This document shows positions 1 to 13,319 of a DNA stretch of 64,000 bases, in pieces (position 1 is the stretch's first letter; every line of letters begins with the position of its first letter). The DNA is taken from NCBI RefSeq assembly GCF_009914755.1, contig NC_060932.1. The stretch is one strand, 5' to 3'. Source of the DNA: the human T2T-CHM13v2.0 reference genome, Homo sapiens. The translations under genes and the position numbers were made by a program. The notes beneath the pieces are model-generated. The model was not told the DNA's origin. It saw nothing but the letters and a program-made list of their open reading frames with translations, and made no database searches.

Positions 1-824
1 TACTGGCCAGTTACTAGAATGAAAAACACTTGCTAAATAAAATTTGGTGGTGCGTTAATGTAGAAATGACAGACACACAACGTCTAGAAATAAAACACTT
101 TTGCTCTCCCACTTGCAACGTGAAAGAAAAATCAAATGTCAGCTTTCTGTTTTTAATGAATTTTAAAATGCAGAGTAGGGTGATTGTTGCTCAGCAACTG
201 AGATGAAAGCAGCCATGGGCCCTCCCTGGTGGGAAGCCCTGGGCTCCTGTGTGATTTCCTGAAAGGGTGGGAATGGGGTAGAACATGGCTGAGATGGGGT
301 TCCCTGCCAGCTGTGGTGAGGGTGGAACGCAAACTAACTTGGATTGAGAAAGATAAGAAAAGAGACAGTTATTGAACCCCAGTGTTTAGGCTGAGAATCA
401 GATGAGGTGAAGGTGAGGTCCTACAGATACTAATGAATGAATGGAGGGATGACTCATTAATTAGACACTAGCATACGACTATGTAACCACAGTGCATTTA
501 ACACATGGTGTCTTTCAAGGCACACAAAGAGAAAGGGGCAAAGTTCTGACGATGTAAGTAACAATGGACAAAAAGGAAAATGCAAAATGATCAATAAATA
601 TCTGACCTACTGAATTATCCAGCATCTTAGTCCCTCAATTTCATTCCAGTTTTTTTGTTTGTTTTGTTTTGGCTTAGTTCTTGGATCTCTACTTTGTATT
701 TTAATTTAGCACATCTTTACATAGGATACGGCTCAATAGATGGAAATTAAATGAACGGACTAAAATGGAAGTAAGCCTTGAAATGTTTGAGACTTTTACA
801 AGAAAATTTTACCTTATTAAAATT

Positions 825-1134
825 AGTAGTAATAGTATTAGTTTTATTATTTGAGAAAAGGTCTCACTCTGTCACTGAGGCTGGAGTGCAGTGGTGCGAT
901 CTTGGCTCACTGCAACCTCTGCCTCCTGGATTCAATCGATTCAAATGCCTCAGGCTTCTAAGTAGCTGAGACTGCAGGCATGCACCACCACACTTGGCTA
1001 ATGTTTGTATTTTTGGTAGTGAAAGGGTCTTCCTCTGTTGCCCAGGTTGGTCTCAAACCCCTGAGCTCATGCAGTCTGTCTGACTTGGCCTCCCAAAGTG
1101 CTGGAATTACAGGCATGAGCCACTGTGCCTGGCC
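825..1134 (-). mobile_element. Alu (old AluJ/AluS type), full length, tail decayed to TAG/TAT microsatellite
   Basis: Reverse-complement Alu body (GTCTCACTCTGTCAC..GGCTGGAGTGCAGTGG..CTCCCAAAGTGCTGG..GAGCCACTGTGCCTGGCC). TSD ACCTTATTAAAATT (811-824) / ACCTTATTAGAATT (1136-1149). Confidence 0.95.
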
Positions 1135-1179
1135 CACCTTATTAGAATTTTGAACAGAAACACTGAGTATGTATTTGCA

Positions 1180-1230
1180 TGCACGTGTATGTGTGTGTGT
1201 ATGAGTATGAGTGTGTTTGGTGTGTGTGTA
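1180..1230. repeat. Degenerate (TG)n microsatellite
   Basis: GTGTATGTGTGTGTGTATGAGTATGAGTGTGTTTGGTGTGTGTG. Confidence 0.7.
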
Positions 1231-3799
1231 GCTAACGTGGATATAGGCAAGAGTTCATCACAGAGAACTACATATTCCCATATTTGACATATTTCCTCTA
1301 AATGCTGTGATGCACATTTCAAATGTAGTATAACTTTAAGAGAAGCTCAAAAATACGAACAAATTTGAAATAAAAAAACTATGACCACCAGGTTTAGATA
1401 GCGTTTTTTTAAAAAAATGTATATTCTTTTTTAAGTTTTACAACTTGTTTTTGTTTTCAGCTCACTTTTAATGAGCACAAACGAAGCTCACTTCACGTGA
1501 GATACAGGCACAGCTTACTCTGTCAGGATTACTGAGAAAGTCAAGTTCAATTCTGCCTCAGTTTTAATGATTTCTTCCAAGCTGGCTCAGAGAAAGCCAT
1601 GGAACCAACGAAATACAAACAATGCTTCTATTCCGGACAAGTGAATAGGTCTCAGTTCTCAGGGTGCCAACCTAGGGAGAGGGGACGCATCCCAAACAGG
1701 GGCTGATAGGGACCTTGTGTCCACGGCATAAAGGCTTAACCAGCTGCGACCTCTAGGTAGAAATTCTTGATCAGAGATGTGCTTTTCTCCTGTTCATAGC
1801 CAAATGCTGTACTTTTCATAATATTCATCTCCTCCCTCCCCACCACCCAATAGTTACATTTGGCTTTTAGATGTCCACAGATGGCACTTCCTTTCTTGCA
1901 AAAATTTTAGATAGAACATGAATAACAGATTCAGGCAAAGATACCATGTCTGAATCATTAGTAACACAAAAGACTCAATGCTTCCTGAATATTTTACACT
2001 GAGAAAAGAATTTGGGGGCCGGGGTTTTATGAATACATAGAGAGTTTTTTTTTTCTTCCAGAGACCAGGATCCTTTACATTGTTCTGATAATCATAGATC
2101 AGGTATTTTTTCCCCAAAATTTATACATGAAATATGCAAAAACATGTTTACTTTGAACATAAATTTGGATCATACAAGAATTGAAAATAATTTTAAATGA
2201 GGTTTTCTAAAAACACAGACTTTAATATGCAGATTCTGTAAAACTCAAATGTACATGTGAATCTTCATGAGTAATACTTCCTGTCACTTTTTCTTTAAAA
2301 CATTGTTTTCTTGGTGGAATATCTATTCTCTCCTTTTCTGGCACTAACATTTCAAAGAACACAGTGCATGGAAAAGGCAGGGTTTATGTGATTAATTCTA
2401 TGATGTTAAGAATAAAGCAGGGACAAAAAAATTAAACAAGAACAAAGAGAACGTGGATTCATGCAGGACTGAACATGCCAGTTTCTTTTGTTGGCATTTT
2501 TATCCAGACTTAAACTCAGAGAGTGGTGCCCATTTCAGCCACAAATAGCCAGTCCTCTAACTTCCTGACAGCTGCACACCCACGCCAGCCTATGGGAAGA
2601 AAGGGAGGTCACTATGCTATTTCTTGGCATGCAGTCCTCTTCTCAATCTGGCTGCCACCTGCCTTTTTTATGTAATCCCATTTTTTCACAGGACAGGACC
2701 AGCCTATGACACTTGTGGCTTTGTCAACATTGCGATGGCCTTCTTCCTTCCCTGTTCCTGCACATGCCCTTTTTTTCTGCCTGGAATCCTTTCACTCTAC
2801 GAGACCTGACCTTCTCCCTGTGGTTGCCTAGTCAATTCTATCTGTCACCTCAGTAACTGCAGGGATGCTTTCAGTTCCCTTGATCTCATCACTTTTAACA
2901 TGGTGCACACACCATCAGAATAGTGTGTACTATTGTGTGCATGGTAAAATTAATACTTATTTGAAGTTCCTAAGTAAGTAAGTAAAGCTTGTTAAATTAG
3001 TAATTAGTAAAATTTTACTCATTAATAGAATTAGTGCTTATTCAGTACCCCCACGGGACTAAGAATTCTCAAGATCAAAGAACCCGGCCTGAGTCTGCTG
3101 CCACTGCCAACGGAGCCCTCCAGATGGAAGGTGCTGAGGACACCGTGAAGTGTGAATGCTGGGCCTCACAGCCCTGTGTTCTTTCGTAAATGACTGAGTG
3201 AAGGGAAGCTTCTCATGTTTCATGTAAGCACCAGTCATCTAGGAGGAGGGGGTATAAACGAATGGAGATGTTTTAAGACCTTTAAAATTACCATTCTCTT
3301 TACAGAAAAGAGAAAGTCTCCAGATGAAATTACACACAGAATTCCAACACAAGAAAGTGGTAAACATGAGGATGGGGTGTCAGACCCACACCAGCTTGAC
3401 AGTCTCCCTTTTTTCCTTCTTTTCTTGCCCAGTTTTGATTTCCAGCATCCCTTTCAAAAGCCAACAGCTCCAACAAACCTTTTTTCAAAATGGCTGTCCT
3501 AGGATAGGTCCCCACGGTTAAGACTTCTCTAACTAGAATTGTCTTGTGTCTCTTAAAGGATAAGTCTTTGATGCTAATGCATTAAATCAGGTAGTGTCCT
3601 GTGTCTGTTATACAATATAGTAGATAGGGGCTGACATTTTAGTTGGTGTAGTGCTAGTCTACATAGTACTTTGTAGAAAAGCCCAGAAATAACTACTGAA
3701 TACTTTTCATGCCGCTGCTTATCATGCAAAGTTATAGCTAGCAACAATTACTCTTCTTGATATAAAAATGCTTCTATCTAGATATGGGATTTAGAATTT

Positions 3800-4130
3800 G
3801 CAGAAGTCTTTCATATAAGCCAAGTGTCCATGCAAGCACTGTGAATCCCCTGTGTGCCAGGTGCTGCCTTGGACTCTAACAATCAACTATATTTTCTCTA
3901 ATATTAGGGAACTTCATTTCATGAAATATAACTCTAATATAGTTTGACACATTTTATAATGGTGATATAAGACACGTTATACCATAGCTATACACAGTGA
4001 ATTAAACACAGGTAAGGGTCACATGACTCGTCCCTGGCATCAAGGGGAGGGAGAAGGTGGTGGTGGAAGTGTCTTCTTGAATAAGGAAGGCTTTACGCAG
4101 CAAAGGTGTGAGCTTGAAGGGAAACCATTT
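3800..4130 (-). mobile_element. L2 3' fragment (degenerate)
   Basis: CCTGTGTGCCAGGTGCTG followed by purine-rich GGAAGGCTT..GTGAGCTTGAAGG, typical of antisense L2 3' ends. Confidence 0.5.
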
Positions 4131-4592
4131 GGTGAACAGGCAAGTTATCTTTTGAGAAACTGTTGAAAAAGTTGACTCAGTTGACCTCATCAGAAAAAAA
4201 AAAAAATTAGGAGCTAATTTTGTTGTCTGAATTTAAAGTTTTAGGAAATACAACTGTATGACTTCTATACTCTACGGTGTTATAGGATACTAGAACATTT
4301 AGGGCAGGATTGTTGGGCTAAGAGACCACAGAGTATGAGGTCGATCACCCTCTCAAGTAAGATTCAAATGCAAAAAGAAAATGTGAAAAGGTGAGCCAGA
4401 AAGGAAACATAAGAGGAGGTGGTTTCAGATGAGACTATGCAAAGAAGAAGAACAAGATTCAGGAGCAAAGAAATGTGCAGAGGCTCCAGGTAATGCCATG
4501 GTAGTTGGTGGGACACAGTGAAGAAGAAATATCCAACCTCACAAAAAGAAAACCTATGCTTTACTGATGGGTTTCTGGCAGTGGCTTATTAA

Positions 4593-4722
4593 CCCACTGA
4601 TGCCTGAGGTTGCAATTTTTTGAATTTTTGCAATCGGACATTGGCGATGACCTTGAACAGCAGGGTATAAGTAACTCCTACATGCTGAACGTTCTAGTAA
4701 TGGAACACTAGTTATAAATTCC
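4593..4722 (+). mobile_element. MER85 (piggyBac-derived MITE, PGBD3 family)
   Basis: TTAA at 4589-4592, then CCCACTGATGCCTGAGGTTGCAATTTTTTGAATTTTTGCAATC..TTGGCGATGACCTTGA..GTTCTAGTAATGGAACACTAG..ATAAAT. This matches the recalled ~140-bp MER85 consensus. The right TIR is degenerate. Confidence 0.9.
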
Positions 4723-6470
4723 TAATCACTCTTGTTGGCACTTTGCTCATTTCATTTTATGAGTATCCCAGGGATGTAGCAATTTATCTGAATTGCGTGT
4801 GACAATAGAAATACATCCAAGTTTGACTTTCCTATACTGTGAATTCTTAGCCTATTCATTAATGCAGAATATTCAAACTGTTGATTTTGTTTGGTCATTT
4901 CTAATGATTTTCTTTAAACTTTTCTCTATCTCAACTCGAAAATGACCTTTATATTATATACCTACTTTTATTCTGCCATGCTTCATATTTTCCATGAAAG
5001 TCTCAACCTCCACTTGCTGTATGATCTTTTTCTAATAAATAATATTTGCATTTATGCCTCTAAACTCACATTTGAATTTGTTTCTGAGTCAAGCTGTCTA
5101 TGTTCTCTGTAATAATGATTAATTTTACAGTTGTTTAATTTCAATAAAATCATATACTGTTTCATACCGACAGTGATTTCAGTATTAGTGGGACAGTGGT
5201 TAGGCTCTAAAGCTTGGATACATCTCTTCAAATAGAGGCAACCATTACAGTGATGGTGACTGGTTTCAATACAAACCTGGCTGTTTTCATCAGTCTCTTG
5301 ATTTGGTCCTGTAACAATATACAGACTTAACTTCTGTTTTCTTAGTGTCAATCCTTTTATTCTGACAATTATTTCCCCTATACTTTTCCTGAGACATCAC
5401 ATCCTATTTTCATAGCAAAAATCAAATATATGATCTTTCCATTTTGGATCTGAACCCTTGGGGTCATTCTCTGAGCAATGCTATTTTTTCCAACGTATGT
5501 CTAATCAAATACTCCCGGTGTACAGCAATTACACAAATTATCCTCAAGTCACACTTTGTGTCATTTCCCACTAAAATGGTCATACGTTAGAGGTACACCG
5601 TCTACTCTATCACTTTTCCTGTTCCTCTAACACCCAGGGTAAATGATCAGACCCAGCCTCCTTTCATCTGTGCCCTTTTTGTAGCACCTGGTGTTGTGTT
5701 CCCATCTCCCCTCCCGTGTTCTGCAGAATTTCTGCTGTAAAATTATTTTTTCACCCTCTTTTACCACTCCATCTGCTAAATATAGTTACCACTTTACAAA
5801 TATGTGATTATTTCTTTCAGTTCAAATGCAGGTCTTTTCTTCTCTCTCAATAATTTCATTCACTTTCGTAACTTGAGCTGGAATTGGGCACATCCCCCTG
5901 GCACAGAGTAAGTGCTCAATAAATATTTATAAAATTAATTACAGAGCCTCCATGGTAATTGGGCTCTGATCATAATTCATACCCTAACCTCTCTCTTGAA
6001 CTCTAGTCCTGAATTTCCTTCCGTCTCTTGGGTGTTCCCAACATTTCTCGTGAACACCGCAAACGTGACTTAAACATTTATGCTTATGTTAAAAAAAAAC
6101 TTAAAAATTACTGGTCTCAATTTCTACGGTTGGCTCCAACCCAAAAAACACTATATCACTTTAAGCAAATCTTTGTTCACTAATGAAGAGTGAGATCATT
6201 TGGATAATACTGCTACACAAGTCAAGAGTTTAAATATTATTTTGGGGACTGTCTTCACAATGTAACTTGGTTTGAATGACTTCTTTTCCTGAAAATAATA
6301 TTTTTAATGTCACCAGATAGCCATTATGTATTAATGTCTTACTTAGTAGAGCTAATTATCTGTAAGTTACTTTTATTGTAGTGGGGAGTGCATAGAAAGA
6401 CAAAATCTCGAATTAATACCATGTGGAAACGATGTACTTGTAATATGATGGAGAGAATCACTCAAGATAA

Positions 6471-6783
<313 letters not shown>

Positions 6784-6794
6784 CTCAAGATAAC

Positions 6795-7400
6795 TTAGAG
6801 ATACTTGTCAGTGAGGCCTTCCTGACAAGGTTATTTGACTGGAAATTTGAAGCGTGAGAAGGAGGTTAGCATGTACAACAGCAGGAAAGAGGACCACACC
6901 ATGAGGAGGACCCACAGAGGCCTCTAGACAACGGTTAGTGTTTAGCAGTATGCGACGTCCATGGGATGGCATTAGAGGTCAGGGCAGTGAGAAGACCTCA
7001 TGCATTAATTTTAAAACATCACTTTGTGTAAGAAATATCTAATCCTAGTGCAAGAGTGGAAACACGGAGACATTACTAAACAATTTTAGGTTTTGTGTGA
7101 AATAATTGTGGCTTTTCCTAGAGTGATAAGGGTCCATGTAAGAGGAAGGACCAGTGGTATATTTTGGAGGTGGAATCAACACAATTTGAAGATGGCTTAG
7201 CAAAAGAAGGAAAGGGAAGATCAAGAACATTTCCCAGGTGCATGCATTGAGCAATTCACTAGCTGGGATGAGAAAGACAGAGAAACAGGGTGGAGAATAT
7301 GGGGCCACCCAAGAAATCCTTATAACGCACCGAACGCAGCTCAGGTAAGACACCATGGGGCTGACTGAGAACTACAAGAGGAAAAGTAGCTTGGGGTAAC
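6795..7400 (-). mobile_element. L2 fragment
   Basis: GTCAGTGAGGCCTTCCTGA..; GGTATATTTTGGAGGTGGAATCAACACAATTTGAAGATGG..GATCAAGAACATTTCCCAGG match antisense L2. Confidence 0.6.
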
Positions 7401-7804
7401 AAGTAAGAAGATTTGGGACTGGATGTGGGAGGAATAAGTAGGCTTCCTGATAGAACATGTGTGTGCACAGTTCACACCACACGGTTGAGTGCGCAGGCGC
7501 CCAGAGGAGCCCTTGGGGTGCTCTCCTCTGCCATGCCATGTGCCCGCAGGAGGAGGCCAGTGATTGTCCAGCTTTTCCCATGAGCGAAAAACCCAAACTT
7601 TAGTTTGGGGAAATCACTTCATTTAAACAAGAGAGGAATACAACGGACAAGACAGAGAATAGAAATGTAAAGAGCGGAGGAATATCACTGAAGCTCCATC
7701 CGTGATTCTGCATTTCAATCTGGCTTTAGTCTCTGCCCCATAAATATTTCAAATACAACATATATAAAATGAAATGTATGAAATGTATCAACACCTGCTC
7801 TGGA

Positions 7805-8680
7805 GAATTTTCAGTTAAACATGGCATATTGAATACACTCATGGACTTACCACTTCTTGCTCACAAAATGTTTCAAAGGCACAAAGAAGCCCATCTCTAC
7901 AAGGAAAGTGAGAAAAAAAAAAAAAACAACACATTGACAGCAGCAAAACTTGAGAAGCTACTGGGTTAACAGACAACTGGAACTGACTTAGCAGAATTGA
8001 TAAAGCTGAAATTTAAATGGGTAATTTGGGAATTCGTGAAACAAGCCAATTTGCAGCACAGAATCCCAGGAAGGCTCAAGAGCAGGAGGCCTCAGATGTG
8101 TGTCAAAACATGTGAAAACAGTGCTCCAAAAAAAAGACCTCTGAGAATAGTGAATAAGACAATTTCACATCCCCTGACACCATCCCCTACTTGACAGGAG
8201 AGGCACTGCCATTCCCACATTCCAGCAATAGACTGCAGGCTTTCTCTCCAGAGATGCTCAATTAGACTATGGGATGCTGGGCTAGCCTACATTGAGATTA
8301 AAAGAAAATATACATTCTGAAAGGTGGACCTCCAAATCTCCTTTTCCTACTTGGCTCTGAGAATTCTTACAGGAATTCTTATTACACTCAGGAAGGATAT
8401 TAGAGAATTCTTAGCAGAGGAAATTCACCAGACCAGAGAAAATGCCTAGAGAAGCTAAGGCAAGGAACCAGTAACAACACTGTCCAGCACATCCATCTGC
8501 AATGGAGGAAGCTGTCCACCCAACGGTCTGTCCCTACACCACATAAACCTGTACATTTTAGTTCTCTAGAGTATGAGAAGACATAAAGGCCATCAATGAC
8601 TTAGAAAAGCCATTAGTGGAAGAAAGATCAAACCAACAAAAAAAAAAAACAGAAGCAAGTAGAAGAGAACCTTCACAGAG
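7805..8680 (+). mobile_element. Ancient L1 5' region (HAL1/L1ME-like)
   Basis: Begins TTTCAGTTAAACATGGCATATTGAATACAC, resembling the recalled HAL1/L1ME 5' start (CTTCCGGTTAAACATGGCAGATTGAACACAC), followed by A-rich sequence. Confidence 0.45.
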
Positions 8681-8869
8681 CCTTACCACCATCTCAAAAC
8701 CCCTTCTGTGTCTACACTCACAAGCTCTACCAGATAATTGAATCAAGATTCCTGTAACACGCAGAAAGTTATGATGGGTCAGCTAATCTTTTCCCAGTTA
8801 TGATTTTCCCAGGTATTGCTTTTAATTTTTAGGCAATTTGGAAAACTTGGGGGATACAGTAGGTATCAG

Positions 8870-9015
8870 TGTTTTGCCTCAGTCTTATTCTGTAAACAGA
8901 ATAAGAAGCTTCCATCTTATTCTGTAAAGTGAGGTCTTTGTGCATTGTGTAGTACCTGGTCCGTCATATGTTCTCAGTAAGTCAGTCAATAATATAGTTG
9001 TTAATATTATTATTG
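8870..9015 (+). mobile_element. MIR fragment with internal rearrangement
   Basis: GCCTCAGT..TCTGTAAA..GAGG core, then GTAGTACCTGG..TCTCAGTAA and a TATT tail. Confidence 0.5.
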
Positions 9016-9285
9016 TTAAATAATCAAGAAAACATAAAAACCACAGAAGTACAGAAAAAGGTTAAAGGCTATTACTTTAAAAATCTGATTGTCCGAAGCC
9101 TGGCTGCTCCCACAAATCAAGAACTGTCATTTAAATTTCTGAATCAATGTGACGGCAGATGCCAAATTCAGTAACACAACTATTCAGTTATGCCTCTATC
9201 TGGTTCGCTTCTGTAGGTGATAAAAAGTGGTCAAACACTCTTTCTGCCCAGATGGAGGTTATAGTTTAGCTCACCGAGTCATCAT

Positions 9286-9466
9286 TAAGGGCTGGTTGAG
9301 CTGACCTGAGGATTTTGCCAGACTAAGAGTCGCTGAAAATACCATGAGGACAATTAATTTGTTTTGATCACTAGACATAACCACAAAACTATGGGCAAGT
9401 GAAAGTTATGCAAAGGGTTTATAATCCAAGTACTAAAAAGACATTTCTTAAAAAAAAAATAATTTG
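9286..9466 (+). repeat. Interspersed direct repeat, copy 1 (~182 bp)
   Basis: Aligns with 10568-10750, with about 28 differences by hand count (~85% identity). Confidence 0.95.
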
Positions 9467-10567
9467 GGCTTTGAGAAGCTGAAGTTAGATTAAAGCAAAT
9501 AAATAGACAAAAACATAATAATAAGAAGAACTGACAACAGGCTTCCTACATTGGACATTGGAGAGCTGCCTAAACAGCTGGTTCCCTCCCGCCCTGCCCT
9601 GAGCATCTGTAGTAGCAAGTGGCTCAGTAAGACCTTGGGGAAAGGAGGGCAACGCCACCCAGAGGAGCCTCCGAGAGTTAATAAAAGTCACTTCTGCACC
9701 CCGAGAAAAGCCACAAATGAAATCTTTGCTTCTTGGACATTTATCTTTTTCTATCAACTGACATTCTGAGCATCCAGACTTTTTGCCTCGAAATTCACCT
9801 GCACACTCGTGGGGACTCTGAAGAACACTGTTGTCTCAGAACAATTTAAACTCCTACCTGTAGTCCATCCATCAAGTAAATTCAGCTGCCACCAAGGTAA
9901 GCAGGAAAGGGCGTCATCGCCAGGGATACGTGACGAATAGGCTGACTGCTGGCCCAGACCATGCCATGGCTGGGAAGGATAATTGGTAGAGATGATTGCA
10001 CAGGGCGTAATCTACCACACCACTGCTCGTTAATAACCACCAGGAGAGCTGGCCTGCAAGGCAGGACCTGTGTCACCTGAATGTTCATCAAAGCAGGTTG
10101 ATTGACCATGGGAAAGAATAGATTAGCAGCCAGGATTCAGCGAGTTAAACCCCAGTCTGTCTGTGCTCTTGGAAAAATCATATGACTTCCAGAGCCTGAA
10201 TATTTTTTTGTTATCTGAAAAATGAGGAATTTGGGTCAGATTCTCAGAATATTTCTAGCAAAGGTGACCTAGTCTGATGCAAATTAAAAAGCCCCTTGGC
10301 CAATAACAACCAGTGAAACTGTTTTCTTTTTTTGTTGAGACTGATAATGAACATGTAAAGGTCCCTAAAAGTCCTGCATGGAAAATTAAAATGCTTATCA
10401 CTATTTCTCTTCCAGACGGTTAATAACATCCAGGGGTCTTTTGTGCTTGAACATACTAGTCCAACCACTTTTGAGAGCCTTTCTAGTAAAATTCTTTAAA
10501 CCCAAACTCGTATCCCGGGTACGTTATTTTAACAAAACATGCATACATAACCCTACTCAAACAGGGC

Positions 10568-10750
10568 TAAGGGCTGATGGAACTGACCTGAGGATTTTGC
10601 CAGGCTAAGAGTAATTGAACATACCATGAGAACACTTAACTTTGTTTCGCTTACTACACATAATCACAAAACTATAGACAAGTGAAAGTTATGCAAAGCG
10701 TTTGTGATCCAAGTCCTAAAAAGGCCTTTTTCAGAAAAAAAAATAGTTTG
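10568..10750 (+). repeat. Interspersed direct repeat, copy 2
   Basis: Shares CTGACCTGAGGATTTTGCCAG, CACAAAACTAT, CAAGTGAAAGTTATGCAAAG and the terminal A-tract with 9286-9466. Offset is 1282 bp. Confidence 0.95.
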
Positions 10751-10769
10751 AAAATGCTTGCACACGTTT

Positions 10770-10872
10770 TTCCATAATTGTGGTAAAATATACAAAACAT
10801 TAAGATATTTTAACCAGTCCAAGAGCACATTTTGGCAGCCTTAGGTACATGTACAATGTTGCGCAACAGCAC
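10770..10872 (-). mobile_element. L1M (L1MB-like) extreme 3' end
   Basis: ATAATTGTGGTAAAATATACA..TTTTAACCA..GGTACAT.TACAATGTTG.GCAAC matches an antisense old-L1 3' terminus. Confidence 0.65.
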
Positions 10873-11330
10873 ATATTTTGATGCCAATTCAACTTCAGAA
10901 AGTCATATTTAAATACACCTAGGAAATCTTTTAAAGCTTATTCTCAGAGGCCAGGTTGGGGAATAGTTGCTCTGACACATCTACACTCTCAGTTCAGTGT
11001 CTACTAAATGCCCTCTTCGCCTAAGTTACCCGGCTAGGAACTCAAGGGAAGAGGAAGTCCCACGGTGCTTCAGTGGTGCCTCCAGAGTTCCACCACTTTG
11101 CAAAGGTTATGACTTCAGACTGAATTTTCATCCATAGTGAAGAGGGAGATAAGTGGATAGAATTCCCCACTGCTCAATTTCAGATGCATGGAGATGAATT
11201 ACTAATATAGCTTCTTTTTTCCTCCCTAGCTTTTGGTACATTCTCCCCATAGTATTAACCTGTAGTACTCAAAACTCTTAAAATGTTAAAATGTGTGTTC
11301 ATAATATTCCTCATCATGGGAGGATATATA

Positions 11331-11636
<306 letters not shown>

Positions 11637-12564
11637 TTATTTGTTCATGTCAGGGCAACTTCATTGTACTATTTCAGGACACATGGCAACTCAGCGCACA
11701 CCTCCATAAACCAGAGACGGCTAGTGAAAGGAGAATCAATGACAAACCATCATTTTCTTCAAAATAGAAAAAAATATTATTTAATCATGTTTTAAACTTT
11801 CTTTTCTGAATCATCGAGACTTGATGTTATTTTAATTTCCACCTAAAATATGTAATTAACAATATACATCGTGTTTCTCATGAATTTCTAGTTCGTAAGC
11901 CTCTAGATAAGAACATTTTCATACATTATTCTGATGAGTATTTGTTTAGAAATAACAATAAAATACAAAATGCTTCAAGTTTATATAAAGCAACTCATCA
12001 CTTTTTTTTTTTTTTTTTATTCCTTTTTGCCTCTATTTTTTCTTCTTCCTTAGCATGGCTGTTAAGAGCCTAAATACATCACATTTTTATTTGGGAGGAA
12101 ATATGCTGTTGTCCATTTTCCTGTCTGATCTGCATCATAACCAGAGAAATTAAAAGCAGGAAAGTGGTGATGCCTTAGGAAACTGTCTCACCAGGCAAGG
12201 ATGTTATCCTGACAAATTGCCACAACATGGCGGCTTCTGAGTAAAGGTTTCAATGGGGCCAATCTATTCAAATCTATTCAGAGTGAAATTAATATTTTAT
12301 TGCATAACATTCTTAGATGTAAAGTGGCACAATATGATCAGCCTAAATGAAAGTTTTAACTGTGCATATATTTGGATTCTTCTATTAAGATTGTAATTAA
12401 TTATAATTGTCTAATAATTTCTTATTTGGTAGAATTTATTTGAATGTGAATTTCATGTTGAGTTATTTGATAGATTCAAGTTCAAGAGGTATGTTAAAAT
12501 AAATTTTCCCATGAATATTTAGTTTTACCTACTCAAGTAAGCTGGAAGGTTAGAGCTGACAGGC

Positions 12565-12567
<3 letters not shown>

Positions 12568-12604
<37 letters not shown>
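12568..12604. repeat. (CA)n microsatellite, ~18 units
   Basis: Uninterrupted AC run. Confidence 0.95.
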
Positions 12605-12606
<2 letters not shown>

Positions 12607-13319
12607 CAACACACAAACACACTTGCTAGCATGAGAGTTTCATTTTTCTGTTACTTGGCATCTTACTCTTAGCAACTTAAAGGAGATCATTTTACTAACC
12701 ACTCTTTACCTTGAAAGGATCCCAGCAAAAACAAAAAGTAAAATAGTGTATTAACACCTTCAAAAGTATTTGGGTATTTGGATAAAATAGTTGTTGACAT
12801 TCAAAAAAGAATTAGAGACCATCAAATACTCTACTTAAAAATGTATTTATCTGACATACCATTTTGCATATACAATTACAACCCTCTCTGAAAAGATGCA
12901 GAAATAAAACATAACATGCAGAATTAATTCAGCACACAAAAACAGCAAAGAATTAAAATACTTGCAATTTAGAAATTTTACAGGACTTTGCAGTAACAGA
13001 ACCTATAATGACTCAAAACAATTAGCCTTGATCCTAAAAAATCATGGATACCATAAGTTGAAAAAACTAATAACTTATTAAAAGGGCTGTATTTTTCTGC
13101 ATTGATATTCTATAACATCAATTACTTCATTAAACAAAATAATTACAGTATAATCATAGAAATTAGTAAATGTATTCCTTTAAAAATTTTACGTCCTCTT
13201 TAAAAAAGAAAAAAAAATGAGTTTTTAATAATCAGTTAACCTGGCACTGAGCTTTAAATTGAATTTAAGAAAAAAACAAAAACTCTGCCCCATTAGTGCA
13301 AGAGTAAAGTTGGGTTGTT

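Noticed and set aside
4593-4722. Possible snoRNA/snRNA pseudogene
   Set aside because: It does not match the U13 or U4atac sequences I recall. It matches the MER85 consensus with a TTAA target site.
9286-10750. Direct repeats as the two LTRs of a small retroelement
   Set aside because: No TG..CA termini, TSD, primer-binding site or polypurine tract was seen, and the spacer contains ordinary unique/MIR-like DNA.
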